A stretch of 64,000 nucleotides of DNA from Octopus bimaculoides (Eukaryota). The DNA lies in NCBI RefSeq assembly GCF_001194135.2, contig NC_068985.1, positions 21,838,126 through 21,902,125 on the forward strand, read 5' to 3'. The notes beneath the pieces were generated by a model. That model worked only from the letters and a program-made list of their open reading frames with translations. It was not told the origin of the DNA and did not search any database. Every line of letters starts with the position of its first letter. Position 1 is the stretch's first letter. Made by a program: the position numbers and the translations under genes. Shown piece after piece: positions 39,846-53,169 of this stretch.

Positions 39846-40308
39846 TGTGTTTATATGTGTGTTAGTCGGTTCTCTTGCTCACTTAATCATATTTTCGTTG
39901 GGTTTTTTTTCTTTTTTTGTACCTTTCTTCACATCAATTACAGAGATTTTTTTGATGTCTTTTTTTCCTTTTCAGAATAATCAACAAATCTTACACTATT
40001 TTTAAGATGCAACAAAAATATCTTCTTTGTGGTTGAATATCACTTAAACTCTTTATTCTGCACAGTTACCAATCCTCTTACAGAGTCCAGGTCTGACTCA
40101 CCTCAGTACAATGATCATATATCAAGGATGGTGCAGTTCATACACATATGTTCTTGACCACATCAAAATGAGATCTTCCAGTTGATTAACAAGGTTTATT
40201 TAACAAATGTTACAACTACTGGCCTTCTTCTATTCCTACTTCTCTGAATTAGCAAGTTTATACTGTTTTAGCCCAAGACCACCTGATGGGCTCGTTTCTC
40301 TTCCTCTT

Positions 40309-40538
40309 ATTTCTTTATTGCCCACAAGGGACTAAACATAGAGGGGACAAACAAGGACAGACAAAGGGGTTAAGTCAATTATATCAACCCCAGTGCGTAA
40401 CTGCTACTTAATTTATCGACCCCGAAAGGATGAAAGGCAAAGTCAATCTTGACGGAATTTGAACTCAGAACGTAACAGCAGACGAAATACCGCTAAGCAT
40501 TTCGCCCAGTGCGCTAACGTTTCTGCCAGCTCGCCGCC
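40309..40538 (-). mobile_element. Young family B SINE with 16-bp target-site duplication
   Basis: cgtttctcttcctctt at 40293-40308 and 40538-40553. Confidence 0.9.
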
Positions 40539-40554
40539 GTTTCTCTTCCTCTTG

Positions 40555-42240
40555 TTACCCACAGTCTTTCCTTCTGCTTGTGTCCACTCACTACAGTCCT
40601 CCCGCTTCCCGCTCCAACTGTCCTTTCAGAGTCTTGTGAATTTACCCATCCACTCACCTTATCCATTCCTTGGTTCGATGTCGCTTGGAACTTGAAGATA
40701 CCTACCTATAAATCGTCATCTCTCTCTCTCTCCCCCTCTCCATCTGAGATACCTATGGAACTTCTCTACTGCAAAGCACCTATTCCTGTCTCTCTATTCA
40801 TACTCTAACCTCTCATCACCTGACACATAGCCACCTCCCCTAATACTACTCCCCTCAGTTGAGGAGTCATGTCTTGCAAGTTATTAGGTGACCTCACTGG
40901 TGCTGGGGCTACACAAAAAGCACCCATTACCATTACACTTTGTAAAGTTGTAGGTGTTAGGAAGGGCATCTGGCCATAGCAACCAAGACAAAGCAGATAG
41001 AGCTTGAGGCAATCTTTTGACTTGTCAGCTCTTATCAAACCATCCAACCCATACCAGCATAGAAAATGGACATTAAATGATAATATCTTTCATTCATAAA
41101 CTAAACATTTTGCCCAATATTTCCTTTCTAGAACTAAAACCATATCCAACTCCCCTGCTCAATCTCAACTAATCTTCCCCACAGTTGCCACTCAGCACAA
41201 ATTCAAGCTGAACATCATCTGCCTCAATGCTATTAGTCTGGGAAGAACTGAACTTTAGAATAAACAAATAAAGATTATTAGAAGACTTTTCAAGTAGTTG
41301 CTAATGATCTTAATCTTGCTCAGATTAACATGCTCACCAACACTAATATGCTACTGATTGACCTGGTAACTAACTAATAAGGTGTTTTCAACTGTTTGAC
41401 TATTTTTAGTATGCAGTACAGGTAACTGTATCATACAAAAACATAACACCTATCTCACAAGAGACAAGATGTTAAAAGACTGAAACAAGTGAGGATGATG
41501 CAAAGCAGACCCAACCAACACTTGCTGGTATAAAGAAAACAAATGTAAAGATTATTATCTATAAATGTATATGAATGCATGTATATGGGTGCTTATAGAT
41601 ACATACATACATTCTCTATCATCATTATTATTATTATTATTATTATTTAACATCCATTTTCCATGTTGGCATGGACTAGACGTTTCCACAGGAAATGGTA
41701 AGTCAGAAGACTGCACCAATCCCAACTGTCTGCTTTGGCATGATTTCTATAGCTGAATGCCCTTCCTAATACCAGCTACTTCACAGAGTGTAGTGGGTAC
41801 TTTTAGTGGGTACCTCACAGCAGTGAGGTCACAAAGTAACTTGCAAGACAAGACTTCTCAACTGAACTGGGGAGTAGTATTGAGGGACAGAAAAAGGAGT
41901 CTTGCATTGGAGGAGAAAAATGGCTGCCTCAGGTGGGGAGAGAGTGGAGAGAGAAGGGAGAGTGATAGAGGGATGGTGGCGGTGACAGTCAGTGGGCTGG
42001 AAATTGGAGGCGGTGGGTGGGTGAGTTCATGAGATTGAGAAAGGGGAGTGGCAGATGGAGGGGATGTAATGAGTGGGAACAGGTAGAGGAAGGGAGTACT
42101 GGGAGGATATGTTGTGGGGAAGAGTCAACAGGAACATACTGTGTGCAGGTAGGTATGTGAGGGAGAGTGGGTGAGGGGAAGGGGGTGTTGGGAAGATTAT
42201 CAGCAGGGGAGGGATTTGTTGGATGAAGATTGTGAGTGGA
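40555..42240. mobile_element. Two long RTE-type 3' UTR fragments in inverted orientation (plus 40555-41085; minus 41640-42240)
   Basis: Shared gtcttgcaagtta.., ggaagggcat.. and acattaaatgat blocks plus a pyrimidine/purine-rich arm on opposite strands. Confidence 0.65.
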
Positions 42241-42284
42241 ATGAATCTCTCTCTCTTACACACTCACATACACACAGGCATAGA

Positions 42285-42409
42285 AATGGTTTCCCAGTAT
42301 TGGGTTTGGTTCCACTGTACAGTACTTTGAGCAAGTGTCTTCTTCTGCAGTCCTAAACTTATGAGTGGATTTAGGAGATAGAAACTAAAAGAATGGTATC
42401 ATGTGTATA

Positions 42410-42454
<45 letters not shown>

Positions 42455-43320
42455 NNNNNNNNNNNNNNNNNNNNNNNNNNNNNNNNNNNNNNNNNNNNNN
42501 NNNNNNNNNNNNNNNNNNNNNNNNNNNNNNNNNNNNNNNNNNNNNNNNNNNNNNNNNNNNNNNNNNNNNNNNNNNNNNNNNNNNNNNNNNNNNNNNNNNN
42601 NNNNNNNNNNNNNNNNNNNNNNNNNNNNNNNNNNNNNNNNNNNNNNNNNNNNNNNNNNNNNNNNNNNNNNNNNNNNNNNNNNNNNNNNNNNNNNNNNNNN
42701 NNNNNNNNNNNNNNNNNNNNNNNNNNNNNNNNNNNNNNNNNNNNNNNNNNNNNNNNNNNNNNNNNNNNNNNNNNNNNNNNNNNNNNNNNNNNNNNNNNNN
42801 NNNNNNNNNNNNNNNNATATATATATATATATATATATACATATATACACACACACACACATGCACATATATATACTCACACACACACACACACATACAT
42901 ACATGCATATGTGTGTGTACATATATATGTGTGTATGTGTGTGTGTGTGTGTGTTTGTGTGTAAAGGCATGGCTTTGTGGTTCTGGGTTCAAGCGTCTTC
43001 TGCTATAGCTCTGGCCTTGTGAATAGATTTGGTAGAAGGAAGCTGAATGAAGCCCAATGTGTATGTGTGCGTGCGAGCATGTGTGTGTTTGAGTCTCCTT
43101 GTCTTGAGATTACACAGTAGTGTTGTTTGCAATTTTCTGTGAAACCATGCCTAGCCATTGTTCTGTTTGTGTTCAAACAACTAAGAGAAAAATTACTGCA
43201 GTTGGAAACAAGTGAGGGTTAGTGACAGGAAGGGCATCAGGTTGTACAAAATCTAAGTCAATGAATTTTGTCTGATCCATGTTAGCATGGAAAGTTGGAC
43301 GTTAAAATTTTGGTGATGAT
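42285..43320 (+). mobile_element. Family A SINE material with RTE-like tail type 2, spanning an N gap
   Basis: Head fragments at 42285-42400 and 42965-43060; tail ggaaacaagtgagggttagtgacaggaagggcatc...ggacgttaaaa. Confidence 0.6.
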
Positions 43321-43814
43321 AATATATACATAGGCTATTTAGGAAAACTTGTACCAGAGCCAACCTTGCATTGGAAAGAAAATTGGGTGCTTTTTCTTCT
43401 AACTCATATTATCATAATTGATTTATTTTCTCCTGCAGGTTTTGTGACAATGTGTTTATGGAGATTTACTATTATTGACTAGCCAAAGAGGTGAAGGACA
43501 TTTGTATTTTTATCACATACATTTTTTCTTGCTAATTAACAAGTGTGAGGAGATAGTTTGCAAGTCCTACTACAATTTCAAAAATATTCGGCCAAAAAAT
43601 ATTCTAGTGTAGGAAGAAGTAGGACAAAAGGATAAAATGTTTAATATAAGGCCTGCAAAATAAGATACAATGAATTTGAGAAGAGGTACATGTATAGAAT
43701 AAGTTTAAAATGAGCACATTCTATTATATTTGAAAGGGAGTATTACAAAGCAGATACAATGAACAGTTATTTATAATTATTAGTGGCTATGGTTACGGTT
43801 AGTCCACATTGTTC

Positions 43815-44045
43815 CATAAGGAGCATAAGATCAGTTTCCTGGTTTCTCTGATATATATACTGCTCCCTGGATGGGATGCCGGTCTGTTGCAGGATTAATC
43901 ATTTCTACCAGCTGAGTGGACTGGAGCAACATTAAATGAAGTATTTTGCTCAAGGACACACTGCATTACCAAGTCCAGGAATTGAAACCACAATCTTACA
44001 ATCATGACTCCAACACCCTAACCACTACATCATGTGCCTCTACTG
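43815..44045 (-). mobile_element. Family C SINE
   Basis: ccagctgagtggactggagcaac...caacaccctaaccacta, matching 37234-37469. Confidence 0.7.
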
Positions 44046-44294
44046 AGTATTAGTAAGATAAGAGTTTCTAAAAACAAATTTTGTTAGATATATGTTTCTT
44101 ATAAAACATTTGTTTTATTAAGAGATACGATAATGGTTTTGTATTTCTCAAATTGGCTGGTTGAGATGGTTGGATGGTGGACAATGTACCCTTAAATGTC
44201 TCACAATATTTCAACAGGTAAAAGAAAATAGTATTTTAACATTGCTTTGGCTCAAGCTGAACTGAAATAAAACAGTCTGGAGATAATTAATATA

Positions 44295-44421
44295 CAGGGT
44301 GTCCACAAAGTTTGGGTGCATGGGGATTAACACATACTTTAAGAAATTATTATTTCTTATATTTAATTGTTTATGTTATGATTTTATTTACTCCATGTAC
44401 CCAGACCTTGTGGACACCCTG
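44295..44421. mobile_element. 127-bp Tc1/mariner-type MITE
   Basis: TA|cagggtgtccacaaagtttgggtgcatgg ... ccatgtacccagaccttgtggacaccctg|TA; ~30-bp TIRs and TA duplication. Confidence 0.9.
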
Positions 44422-44444
44422 TATAATAATATAACATAATATAA

Positions 44445-44640
44445 TAATGGTTTCAAATTTTGGCACAAGACCAGCAATTTCGTGGGAGGGAGTAAGTCAA
44501 TTACATTGATCCCAGTGTTCAACTGATACTTATTTTATTGGCCCCAAAAGGATGAAAGGCAAAGTTGACCTTGGGAGAATTTAAATTCAGAATGTAAAAA
44601 TAGACAAAATGCTGCTAAGCATTTTGCCTGGTGTGCTAAT
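44445..44640 (-). mobile_element. Family B SINE
   Basis: Family B core on the minus strand. Confidence 0.75.
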
Positions 44641-45309
44641 AACATAATATAATAATGAGCCTACTGTATACAGTGCTCAGAAGCATTACAACTCATCAGG
44701 AAATCTTGAAAGAGAGGAAGAAATCAGACATATAAGTCAAGTGTGTCAGTGTTAGGAATATAGTTCAAACAAATCCAAACATCCTGACTTTCATGACACC
44801 ACAGAGTTAAAAATATATTATATAATAACAAATACTATTTCAATATACAGGCAGTTATAAACGTGCTACTTTAGTTATGAGAGGAGGAAACCAAGCAATG
44901 TTAGATGCAATAAAATAAAATATTTATTGCAACATGAATTTATTCAAATTCTTTATTTGAAAAGTATTTATCAATTTATTGATATTTGTAGTTAAAAATA
45001 ATACTAAAATCCTTTTATGTGTTTGCAATAATTCTATCAATATAGTATTATGTAATGCAGTAGAATGTAGCTTTATAATATAAATGTGAAAGTAGATAAG
45101 TTATTGAAATGGCAAGCAGTTCAAATTTGCTGTATGACTTTGAGTAGGACACTTCTACATTTCTCTAGAGATTATGCCCTGAGGAATAAATAAAATAATA
45201 TCCAACACAAGGAACAACCTATAGATTCTTATTATTTATGGAAAAAATTAACTTTCCTTAACTATCTTATCCACCTTTATCTAGGGTTTCATCACTACTG
45301 AAGAAGGAA

Positions 45310-45790
45310 CACTGCCCTGGATTCCTTCCACTGCCATCTATCTCTGGCCTGTCATGGCCATGTAGGACCCAGGTAGCAGGTGAGATCATTTCACCATCTA
45401 GTCTTTGGTTGACCTTTTGGTCTTGTCCATTGTCTTGGTGTCAATTCCATCACCCTGGTTGTCTATTTGCTGTCCTTCAGTCGCATGATGTGGTTAGCCC
45501 ATCTATATTTGTTCTCCTTGATGTTCTTATGATGTCATTGCCTCTTGAATTCAGGTATTGGTTTTCTGTCCCCCAAGCATGATTTGTTCCATTTTCCAGT
45601 GGGTTACAATGAGGGTGTTCATGATGGTAGTGTTGAGAGCCCATGTTTCACAGCTGTATGTCATTACTGGAAGGATGTACTCATTGAAGATCTTTCTTTA
45701 ATTTTCATGAAAGCCTTGGGACTTCTAGAAAGGTTTTCCATTTTCCTAAAGGTACTGGTAGCAGAAGCAACAGAATGTTGGCCAGATGTC
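45310..45790 (-). mobile_element. Decayed RTE LINE ORF C-terminal fragment
   Basis: Minus-strand translation EYILPVMTYSCETWALN...KYRWANHIMR...RPKGQPKTRW, matching RTE motifs LPV.TY.CETW, RW.GH..R and GRP..RW. Confidence 0.85.
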
Positions 45791-45792
45791 TT

Positions 45793-45974
45793 CATCATCA
45801 TCATCATCATCGTTTAACGTCCGCTTTCCATGCTAGCATGGGTTGGACGATTTGACTGAGGACTGATGAAACCGGATGGCAACACCAGGCTCCAATCTAA
45901 TTTGGCAGAGTTTCTACAGCTGGATGCCCTTCCTAACGCCAACCACTCAGAGGAAGGGCATCCAGCTGTAGAAA
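45793..45974 (-). mobile_element. Young RTE tail with a 24-bp inverted segment at its 5' junction
   Basis: Near-identical to 93-246; tttctacagctggatgcccttcct (45911-45934) is inverted at 45951-45974. Confidence 0.85.
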
Positions 45975-46119
45975 TTCTTGTAGTTGTTAATTATATTTCT
46001 TTACATTTTGAGTCCAAATCCTACCATAAATTATGCACTTTCTCTAAAAATGTTTGGCTTTGTGCCTGATAGAAAGATTACAGCATTGGACTATATAGCT
46101 AGTTCAGGCAAGTACTTGG

Positions 46120-46405
46120 TGATCTTGTCAGTCCAGGTGCCACTTAAAAGCACCCAGTCCACACTGTAAAGTGGTTGGTGTTCGGAAGGGCATCCAGCTG
46201 TAAAAACCTTCCCAAAACTGACCTCGCTTGTGCTTGTGCCACGTAAAAAGCACTGAGTCCATTCTGCTGAGTGGTTGGTGTTAGAAAGGGCATCCAGCTG
46301 TAAAAATCCTGCCAAAACAGTTACAAAAGTCTGGTGCAGGATTTGGCCTGGCCAGCTCTTGTGGTACCATCCCACCCATGGGACATTAAATGATGATGAT
46401 GATGA
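46120..46405 (+). mobile_element. RTE-type tail with an internal tandem duplication
   Basis: The aaaagcac...gtggttggtgt...aagggcatccagctgtaaaaa block occurs twice. Confidence 0.7.
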
Positions 46406-46426
46406 TAATAGACAAAATGCTTTATG

Positions 46427-46506
46427 CTATTTAATTGTGTCTTACTATTTAATTGTGTCTTACTATTTAATTGTGTTTTTAATTGTGTCTTGCTATTTAA
46501 TTGTGT
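46427..46506 (+). repeat. 18-bp tandem repeat ctatttaattgtgtctta inside a decayed family B SINE
   Basis: About 4.5 units seen directly. Confidence 0.85.
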
Positions 46507-47705
46507 CACTTTACCTTCTGACTTCAACTTTATTTTTTATCCTTTTGGTGTTGATAAAACAAGTACTGGTTAAGTAAATTTAAATGACTATATCTCTCCT
46601 TCAATTTTTGTGACCTTGTGCCTATATTAGAAATCAATATTATTTACACACAATACTAATTAAAGACATTTAGTTATAGTTGATGAACTGCTTGCAGTAA
46701 ATTACAAGAACATGTTATAAATGTAGGAAGGAGTGGTTGGAGAAAGGCAAAGTTAACTAGCAAAGTCATTAACACTTTAAATAGTGATCTCCTAAATTAA
46801 ATACAATGAAGTACCCAGTTTGGCATTTTAACTGATTAAATAATTTCCATCCACTTTCCCTTTAAGCCATATGCTTGCACATTAAAGAAATTAATGTGTG
46901 CACAAGAGGTTAGTTGCCTAAACTGAAGTATTAATTAATACTTATATCTATCAATCATTAAGTGCATTATACTTATACATTAATTATACACTTCGTGACG
47001 GGGAAAGTTTTGAATCACTTCAGATTGTACCCACTGAGAGAACATTATCTCCAGCCATATTTAATTTCCCATCTGTGGTTTAATTTCTGATATGTAACAA
47101 AGTAAAGGGAGCTTGTTTTATTGAAATGGAACAGGAAAAGAAAAAAAGAAAAAAGAATCATAATTTTGTAGTTTTAATTAATAAGAATTATTCATCATCA
47201 TTCAATGTGGTTGAATAACCAATCCCAACCAGTTGGTATTCACAGTACGGGTTGCAATATTCATCTTTTCAATTGCTAAATACAAAACATGGCTTGCAAG
47301 ACCTCTCCATTCAGGTGGTTTTCCTGAGTCACCATCTCACTCTTGTATGCCAAACTGTCACAAGGTTATCCATTTACAGCTGAGTGGGCTGGTACAATGT
47401 AAAATGAAGGATTATAAAATTATGATTGCTTGTAATATTAATGTTTTGGTTGTTGCTGTTGTTGTTATTTAGTCCAAAGTCAAAACCCTGATCAAGTAAC
47501 ACTTTGATACAAAAAAAAATGTTTTAAGCAAAACCATCTGTTTTTTTTAAAATTTTGTATACTGAAAACTACATTATCTAATGTATCCTTTTTTCAAAGA
47601 CAATAAGGTGCTATTTGAGGGAGATTTAGCTGCTTTTTCTTCATGAAGTGGCTCTGTTATTGTAAGTAAGTAGTATCAATGGTAAAATTTTATAATATAA
47701 CTTAC

Positions 47706-47781
47706 TTTTAGAGAAGCTTCTGGAAGCTTGATGCGTCTCTGCAGATCGGGATACAGCCCAGTACTCAACCGTCTTTTTCTC
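47706..47781 (-). CDS. Coding exon B (RKRRLSTGLYPDLQRRIKLPEASLK)
   Basis: Acceptor tttttatcttctag|, donor AAA|gtaagt; 76 nt, phase 2-0; GC/CpG-richer than flanks; this frame links A to C without stops. Confidence 0.85.
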
Positions 47782-48025
47782 CTAGAAGATAAAAATGATA
47801 AAAAGTGAGTAAAAAAAATATGATCTATAACAATAATTAAAAAAATAATAGAATGAATAACATTCTTGGAGCATTCTTTAAATACTGAAATTATTAATAA
47901 CTGAGTTCTAAAATAAACAACTTGGAAAATGTATTGGTCATTTCATTGATTAGACTGATCCATTCTTCAAAGAAAATCACAGCTGAATTGTATGGTGCAG
48001 CATTTTGTCTGTGACAAAGTAGCCT

Positions 48026-48195
48026 TGCTGTAAACAAGTATCATGTGGATCATGTGGATAATACCACAATTTAACTGTAAACAGCCACCATGTGGAGAAC
48101 AGAACAATTTACTTGTAAACAACTACCATATGGATCATGTGAATAACATTGCAATTTAGCTGTAAACAAGTACAATATGGAGAACAGCACCATGC
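48026..48195 (+). repeat. Dimeric 47+38-bp tandem repeat, each unit containing TGTAAACA
   Basis: TGTAAACA at 48029, 48076, 48114 and 48161. Confidence 0.8.
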
Positions 48196-48879
48196 TGTTA
48201 ACAGTGGTGTAATTTATGTATTTTCTGTTACTGTGGAATAATGGCAAGAAGATGGGTACCATTGGTAGTATTATTATCTCAGACTTCCCAGAAATGGTCC
48301 TCCAAGAATTTCACTCTGTGTTATGTAAATATGACATTACAACATTAAAGAAAAAAAAGAACCCAAAACAAAACAATCATATTATGGAAAGCAGAGTAAG
48401 AAACATTGTTAATCTCGAAACAAATATCTAGTTTTATTTCTGTGATTCTAAGCAAGAGCTTATATAACTAAAATCAAAATACATGCAGCTTTTAAGCAAG
48501 TGAAGACTATATTTGAAGCACATATGCCATATGGTTCTTCTTAATTTTTCTGAAATGACAAAAGAATTACATCCTTGAAGAATGAAGTGATTTATCTTTG
48601 TATCCATAAAATCTAATTCTAAAACTTCCATTCCAGGAACCAACATATTTCTGTTTCTCTTCTACTCTTTGATAAATTTTAAAGAACATTATGAACTTAA
48701 TAAAGATTTGATTACAAGAAAGACTTACATAAAATACAGAAACTACCTAAGAAAGGTTATATTTTTTAATTTAAAATAACAAGCTGCTGCAACTAGTAAA
48801 CACATCACCAAGACAAAAACTCATGCATAGGAATATTATTTTTCATCTAGATATAAATATGATCTGGATGGTTGCAAGT

Positions 48880-50830
48880 ATAATCAAAAATAGAGAGATG
48901 GCTGGATTACGAATGCTAGTTACTGGGACACTTAAGATATATGGTAAAGTAGATTACCCACTAGTCATTTGCTTAGCCAATAAGAAAGGTACAATAGCCA
49001 ATAACTGACATAACAATATCATCATTAACTATTACAAGAACAAAGAAGATGCTTTTGTAACTTTAGAAACATTAAATTGATGGACTAAGTTATGAAAGTT
49101 ACTGAAAGAGTTAATGCACAACTGACTAGGAAGAGAATTAGCCAAAATGAGATGCAGTTTGAGTTTATGCCAGGATAGGATACCATCACTGCCATCTTTC
49201 TAGTAAGACAACAACAGGAGAAATACTTAGCTAGAAGCAAACCACCTCTTTAGCTTTTGTCAGCTCGGAGAAGGACTTTGACAGGGTTCCATGCTCTATA
49301 GTTTAATCCCTAGAAATCTAAGAATGGCTTATGAGAATCAGCCAAGCTATGTGCAGAGACACTGCCAACAAAGTGAAAGTTAATAAGTCCAGCAATAACT
49401 TGGTATGTAGGCTAGTATACATCAGAGTTCAGATCTCAGCACTTCTGTTTATTATAATCTAATAGAGAAGTTTAAGACCAGTTGTTTGTAGGTGCCCCTA
49501 TGTATCCTAATTCAGCTTTGTGATCATGTTCACATACCTCTATTGGTTAAAGGTTAGTGAAGATATTCCAAACTTGGAAGCAAAATCTGAAATCAAGGGT
49601 CCTCAAAGTAAACCCAACAAAGACTAAAGTTGTCGTTTGCAGGAAAGATGTCAGAAATTTACTGCTATCATAAAAGTGGCTGCTATGTTAGTATGCAAAA
49701 AATGAATAGGCAGGAATTCTATATGATTTACCTATTGTAAACCATGTATGCACAAGTGGGGTCACAGGCAGGCTGACAAGGCAGGTAGAGATCATATGTG
49801 GTAGATGTACAAGAGTAATTAGTAATAAGAGTAAAAGTGAACTAAACCCTTTCAAATGTTCAGAAGATTCCCTAGAAGTAGTTGATCCTTTTTGTTCCCT
49901 AGGTAGTCTAATTAGCAGTGGAGGTGAGTATTCCAGAAGCATTGTTATTAGACTAAGAATAGAATGGGAAAAGTTCAGGAAGCTATTACCTCTGTTGGTT
50001 TCAAAAGGATTTCTCTCTCAGTACAATGGAAAGATTGTACCATTTTTTTCTGTATGAAATGTAATGTTACATGGTAGTGAGATATGGGCCTTGAATGTAG
50101 AGAATTTATGAAGACTGGAAAGAGATGTAAGAAACATGCTCCATTGGATGTGCAATGTTAGTGTGCATGAATGGTGGAGCACAAATATGGTGAGAGAAAA
50201 ACTGAATAGAAGAGGAATTAAGTAGTAGTTGTAGATTCTCAGTGAGTTTCAATGATGAGCATTCAACCAATTTGACCAGCTGAATTCCTGAGTAGCTGAG
50301 TATTCCATAGACACACCATGTTCAATGCAAGTCTCTGACTGGATCAGGCATGACACAATGTGACAAAATTACAACTTTGAATGAATGAATGAATGAATAA
50401 ATGAAAGAAAGAGACAGACAGACAGACAGAAATGACCTCCTCAGCAGTACTGGACTGGTACTTTATTAATTGCAAAAAGATGGAAGTGAAAATTGACCTT
50501 GGTGGAATTTGAACTCAGACAGCAGAGAGTTGGAGCAAATAGTGCAATGCATTCTGTCTGACTTTCTAAACAATTATACAGTTTACTGACTTTGATATCT
50601 GATGTAGTGTGCATGGGGAAAGATTTAAGCTGGTATAGACAGAGAGGTTGTCAGTTGTACAACAAGTACTGAGTACAACAAAGTACTAAGCACTCGAATT
50701 GGATGGAACCTGGAAGAGGGGAAACTAAGAAAGACATGGGATGAAGTGCTTATGACTCATCTGAGGATGTTGAATCTCACGAGGGAGAGGACAAAGGAAT
50801 GTAACTTGTACGAAAGTGCTGTGTTGGAGA
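48880..50830 (+). mobile_element. Decayed RTE LINE with reverse-transcriptase region, interrupted by a family B SINE (50440-50575) and another repeat
   Basis: QFEFMPG..TI.AIFLVRQQQEKYLARSKP...FV..EK.FDRVP (RT motifs), YGSEIWAL, and GKLRKTWDEV near 50715. Confidence 0.85.
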
Positions 50831-52199
50831 TCTCCCCATCTTGGTTACACATAGAAAAGGGGATATAAAAATGAATATGGTGGTAGAGATGGAGATTAGG
50901 TTGTATAATATCTACAGCTGAGTCTCTTCCAGCCATTACATCCATATATTAAGTCTCCTTATACTACTCTCCATCTCTCTTTTTTTACTCTCCATTTATC
51001 ATTCACCTTTTCTCTATCAATTGTGTTCTCTCTCAACAAACTGGCTACGTAATGAAAGATGACATCACATTGGCTCTACCCATTTTCAGTTCCTCTTACT
51101 ATCACCCTTCTTTGTTGCTAACCATCACTCTCTCTCTCTCTCTCTCATTAATTCCTAGCACTCATATCAAACATCTATCATTCTTATTTTACTTTCCATT
51201 TTCATTGCTATTCGTCTTGCTTTCTCTGTCTTTCACAATACTCCTTCCTCCACTGCTCTTTGGTAACACTCTCTTTCTTCTATCAACCTGTCTCTTTCCT
51301 ATCACTCTCTCTTCCTCCAACATGCAACTCATGCTGTTTCTTGTCATTCTAGCCAGTCTCCATACCAACAATCGTCCTATCACTGTCATCTCTCTCTCTC
51401 TCCCCTATAATCCTATTGCAGTCATATCTCTCTTTCTTTCTTTCTTCCTTCCTTCCCCCTCCCTCTTTCACACACACACACACACACACACTTACTAACC
51501 TTATTTTCTCTTCTATCACCCTCTAGCTCCTATCACTCTGATTCTTTTTCATCAATCTGTTTTCTATCACCTTCTTGTTCATGTTGCTTAAATCCAATCT
51601 CTTTACCAACAACCATCACACATCTGTCTTCCACTCCCTCACCCTCACTTCCATCACCCACTTGCTTCTATCACTCTTGTTCTTCATCACCCTCTGACTC
51701 TGGCTCTCTTCTAGTCCAGTTGTACTGGAAAGAAAGGAATGAAAGAACAGAGACAATGCATAGAAGAAATGACTCTCTTTTGTCTTTCTAGTGGTACTGA
51801 GAAAAAACAAAAACAAAAACAAAACCAAACCCCCAAAAAACAAAAAAACAAAAAAACACCTCATAGAAACAACATAGAACTCTTTAGTCTTGTTAGGTAC
51901 AAGACAACCTTTCAAGAGCTTGTACCATGATAAAATGCATCTAAGTGCATTCAGAAAGTGGTTAGCAATAGAAAGAGTAACCCACTACAGGAACCAGACA
52001 ATATTACCATCCAGTGAAGCGAACATGGAATTACTCATCAGAGGAATTTACAGTATGAATGACAACTAATAGTAGTCATAGATGTTAAATACTAACTGAT
52101 GTGGTTAGCTGTAACCTGGAACATAACTGAGAGCCACCACAGTATCTGCCCAGACGATATATCTCTCCAAACACACACACATACACACATCTTTATCAT

Positions 52200-53070
52200 T
52201 GTTTTATCTTTTACTTGTTTCAGGTATTGGACTGCAGTCAAGCTGGAGCACTTCATTGATGGGTTCAATCTTTCTTCTTTTTTTTAAGTCTGGTACTTAT
52301 TCTCTTGGTCTCTTTTGCTGAACTACTAAGTTATGAGGAAATAAAGAAACAGCCACTGGTTGTCAAGCAATGGTAGTAGTAGTGGTGGTGGTGGTGGTAG
52401 TGGTGAAGGGGACAAACATAAACATTAAGACACACATACATGAATATATATACAAACCTCCACACAGTTTCTTATTTCTTTACTGCCAACAAGGGGCTAC
52501 ACACAGAGGGGACAAACAAGGACAGACAAATGGATTAAGTCGATTATATCGACCCCAGTGCGTAACTGGTACTTATCTAATCGACCCCAAAAGGATGAAA
52601 GGCAAAGTCAACCTCGGCAGAATTTGAATTCAGAACATAAAGACAGACAAAATCCTGCTAAGCATTTCGCCCAGCGTGCTAGCGTTTCTATCAACCAAAT
52701 TCATTCGTACTATGAGGCTGAATCCAAAACCACATGGTTGTAAAGTGGGCTTCTTAACCATTCAGCCATGCCTACACACACACTCTCTCAGACACACATG
52801 CACACACACACACACACACACACAAACATACACACATGTACCCCCCACCATTCTTTTCTACTCTAGGCACAAGGCCTGAAATTTTGGGGGCAGGGGGCCA
52901 GTCAATTAGATTGACCCCAGTATGCAACTGGTACTTAATTTATCGACCCAGAAAGGATGAAAGGCACAGTTGACCTCGGCGGAATTTGAACTCAGAACGT
53001 AAAGACAGACGAAATACCGCTAAGCATTTTGCCTGGCGTGCAAACGTTTCTGCCAAGCTCACTGCCTTCC
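52200..53070 (-). mobile_element. Family A SINE (52200-52810) with nested family B (52470-52690), plus an adjacent family B (52855-53070)
   Basis: Diagnostic heads and tails on the minus strand. Confidence 0.75.
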
Positions 53071-53132
53071 CTCCCACCCACATTAGATATAAACATGTTC
53101 TATACATACACATATTCTCCTTGTCTCCGTAT

Positions 53133-53169
53133 TCTTTCTGTTGAAGAGCGTAGCTCGAAACGTCAAAGA
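53133..53169 (+). ncRNA. Minimal type I hammerhead-ribozyme-like motif (A6U core variant) in a putative Penelope-like terminal repeat (53112-53258)
   Basis: ucuuu CUGUUGA A GAGC-gua-GCUC GAA ACGU C aaaga: 5-bp stem I, 4-bp stem II, palindromic stem III, GUC triplet. Confidence 0.6.

Noticed and set aside
33830-43022. Long ORFs in the track (up to 209 aa), and the poly-I/R/H/Y/V/C ORFs elsewhere
   Set aside because: They arise from N gaps and di- or trinucleotide microsatellites.
43420-43495. Plus-strand exon-like segment (ttttctcctgcag| ... |gtgaag)
   Set aside because: All three frames contain stops; no plus-strand gene could be assembled anywhere in the window.
48483-48549. Candidate exon KLRRTIWHMCFKYSLHLLKSCM
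   Set aside because: Good acceptor and phase-2 end, but it starts in phase 1 while exon A ends in phase 2, and the donor gtattt is weak. It would need another exon that I could not find.
48729-48746. 18-nt microexon with strong-looking splice sites (cttag| ... |gtaagt)
   Set aside because: In the required phase it reads CT|G TAG, an immediate stop. It could only be a poison exon and there is no other support.
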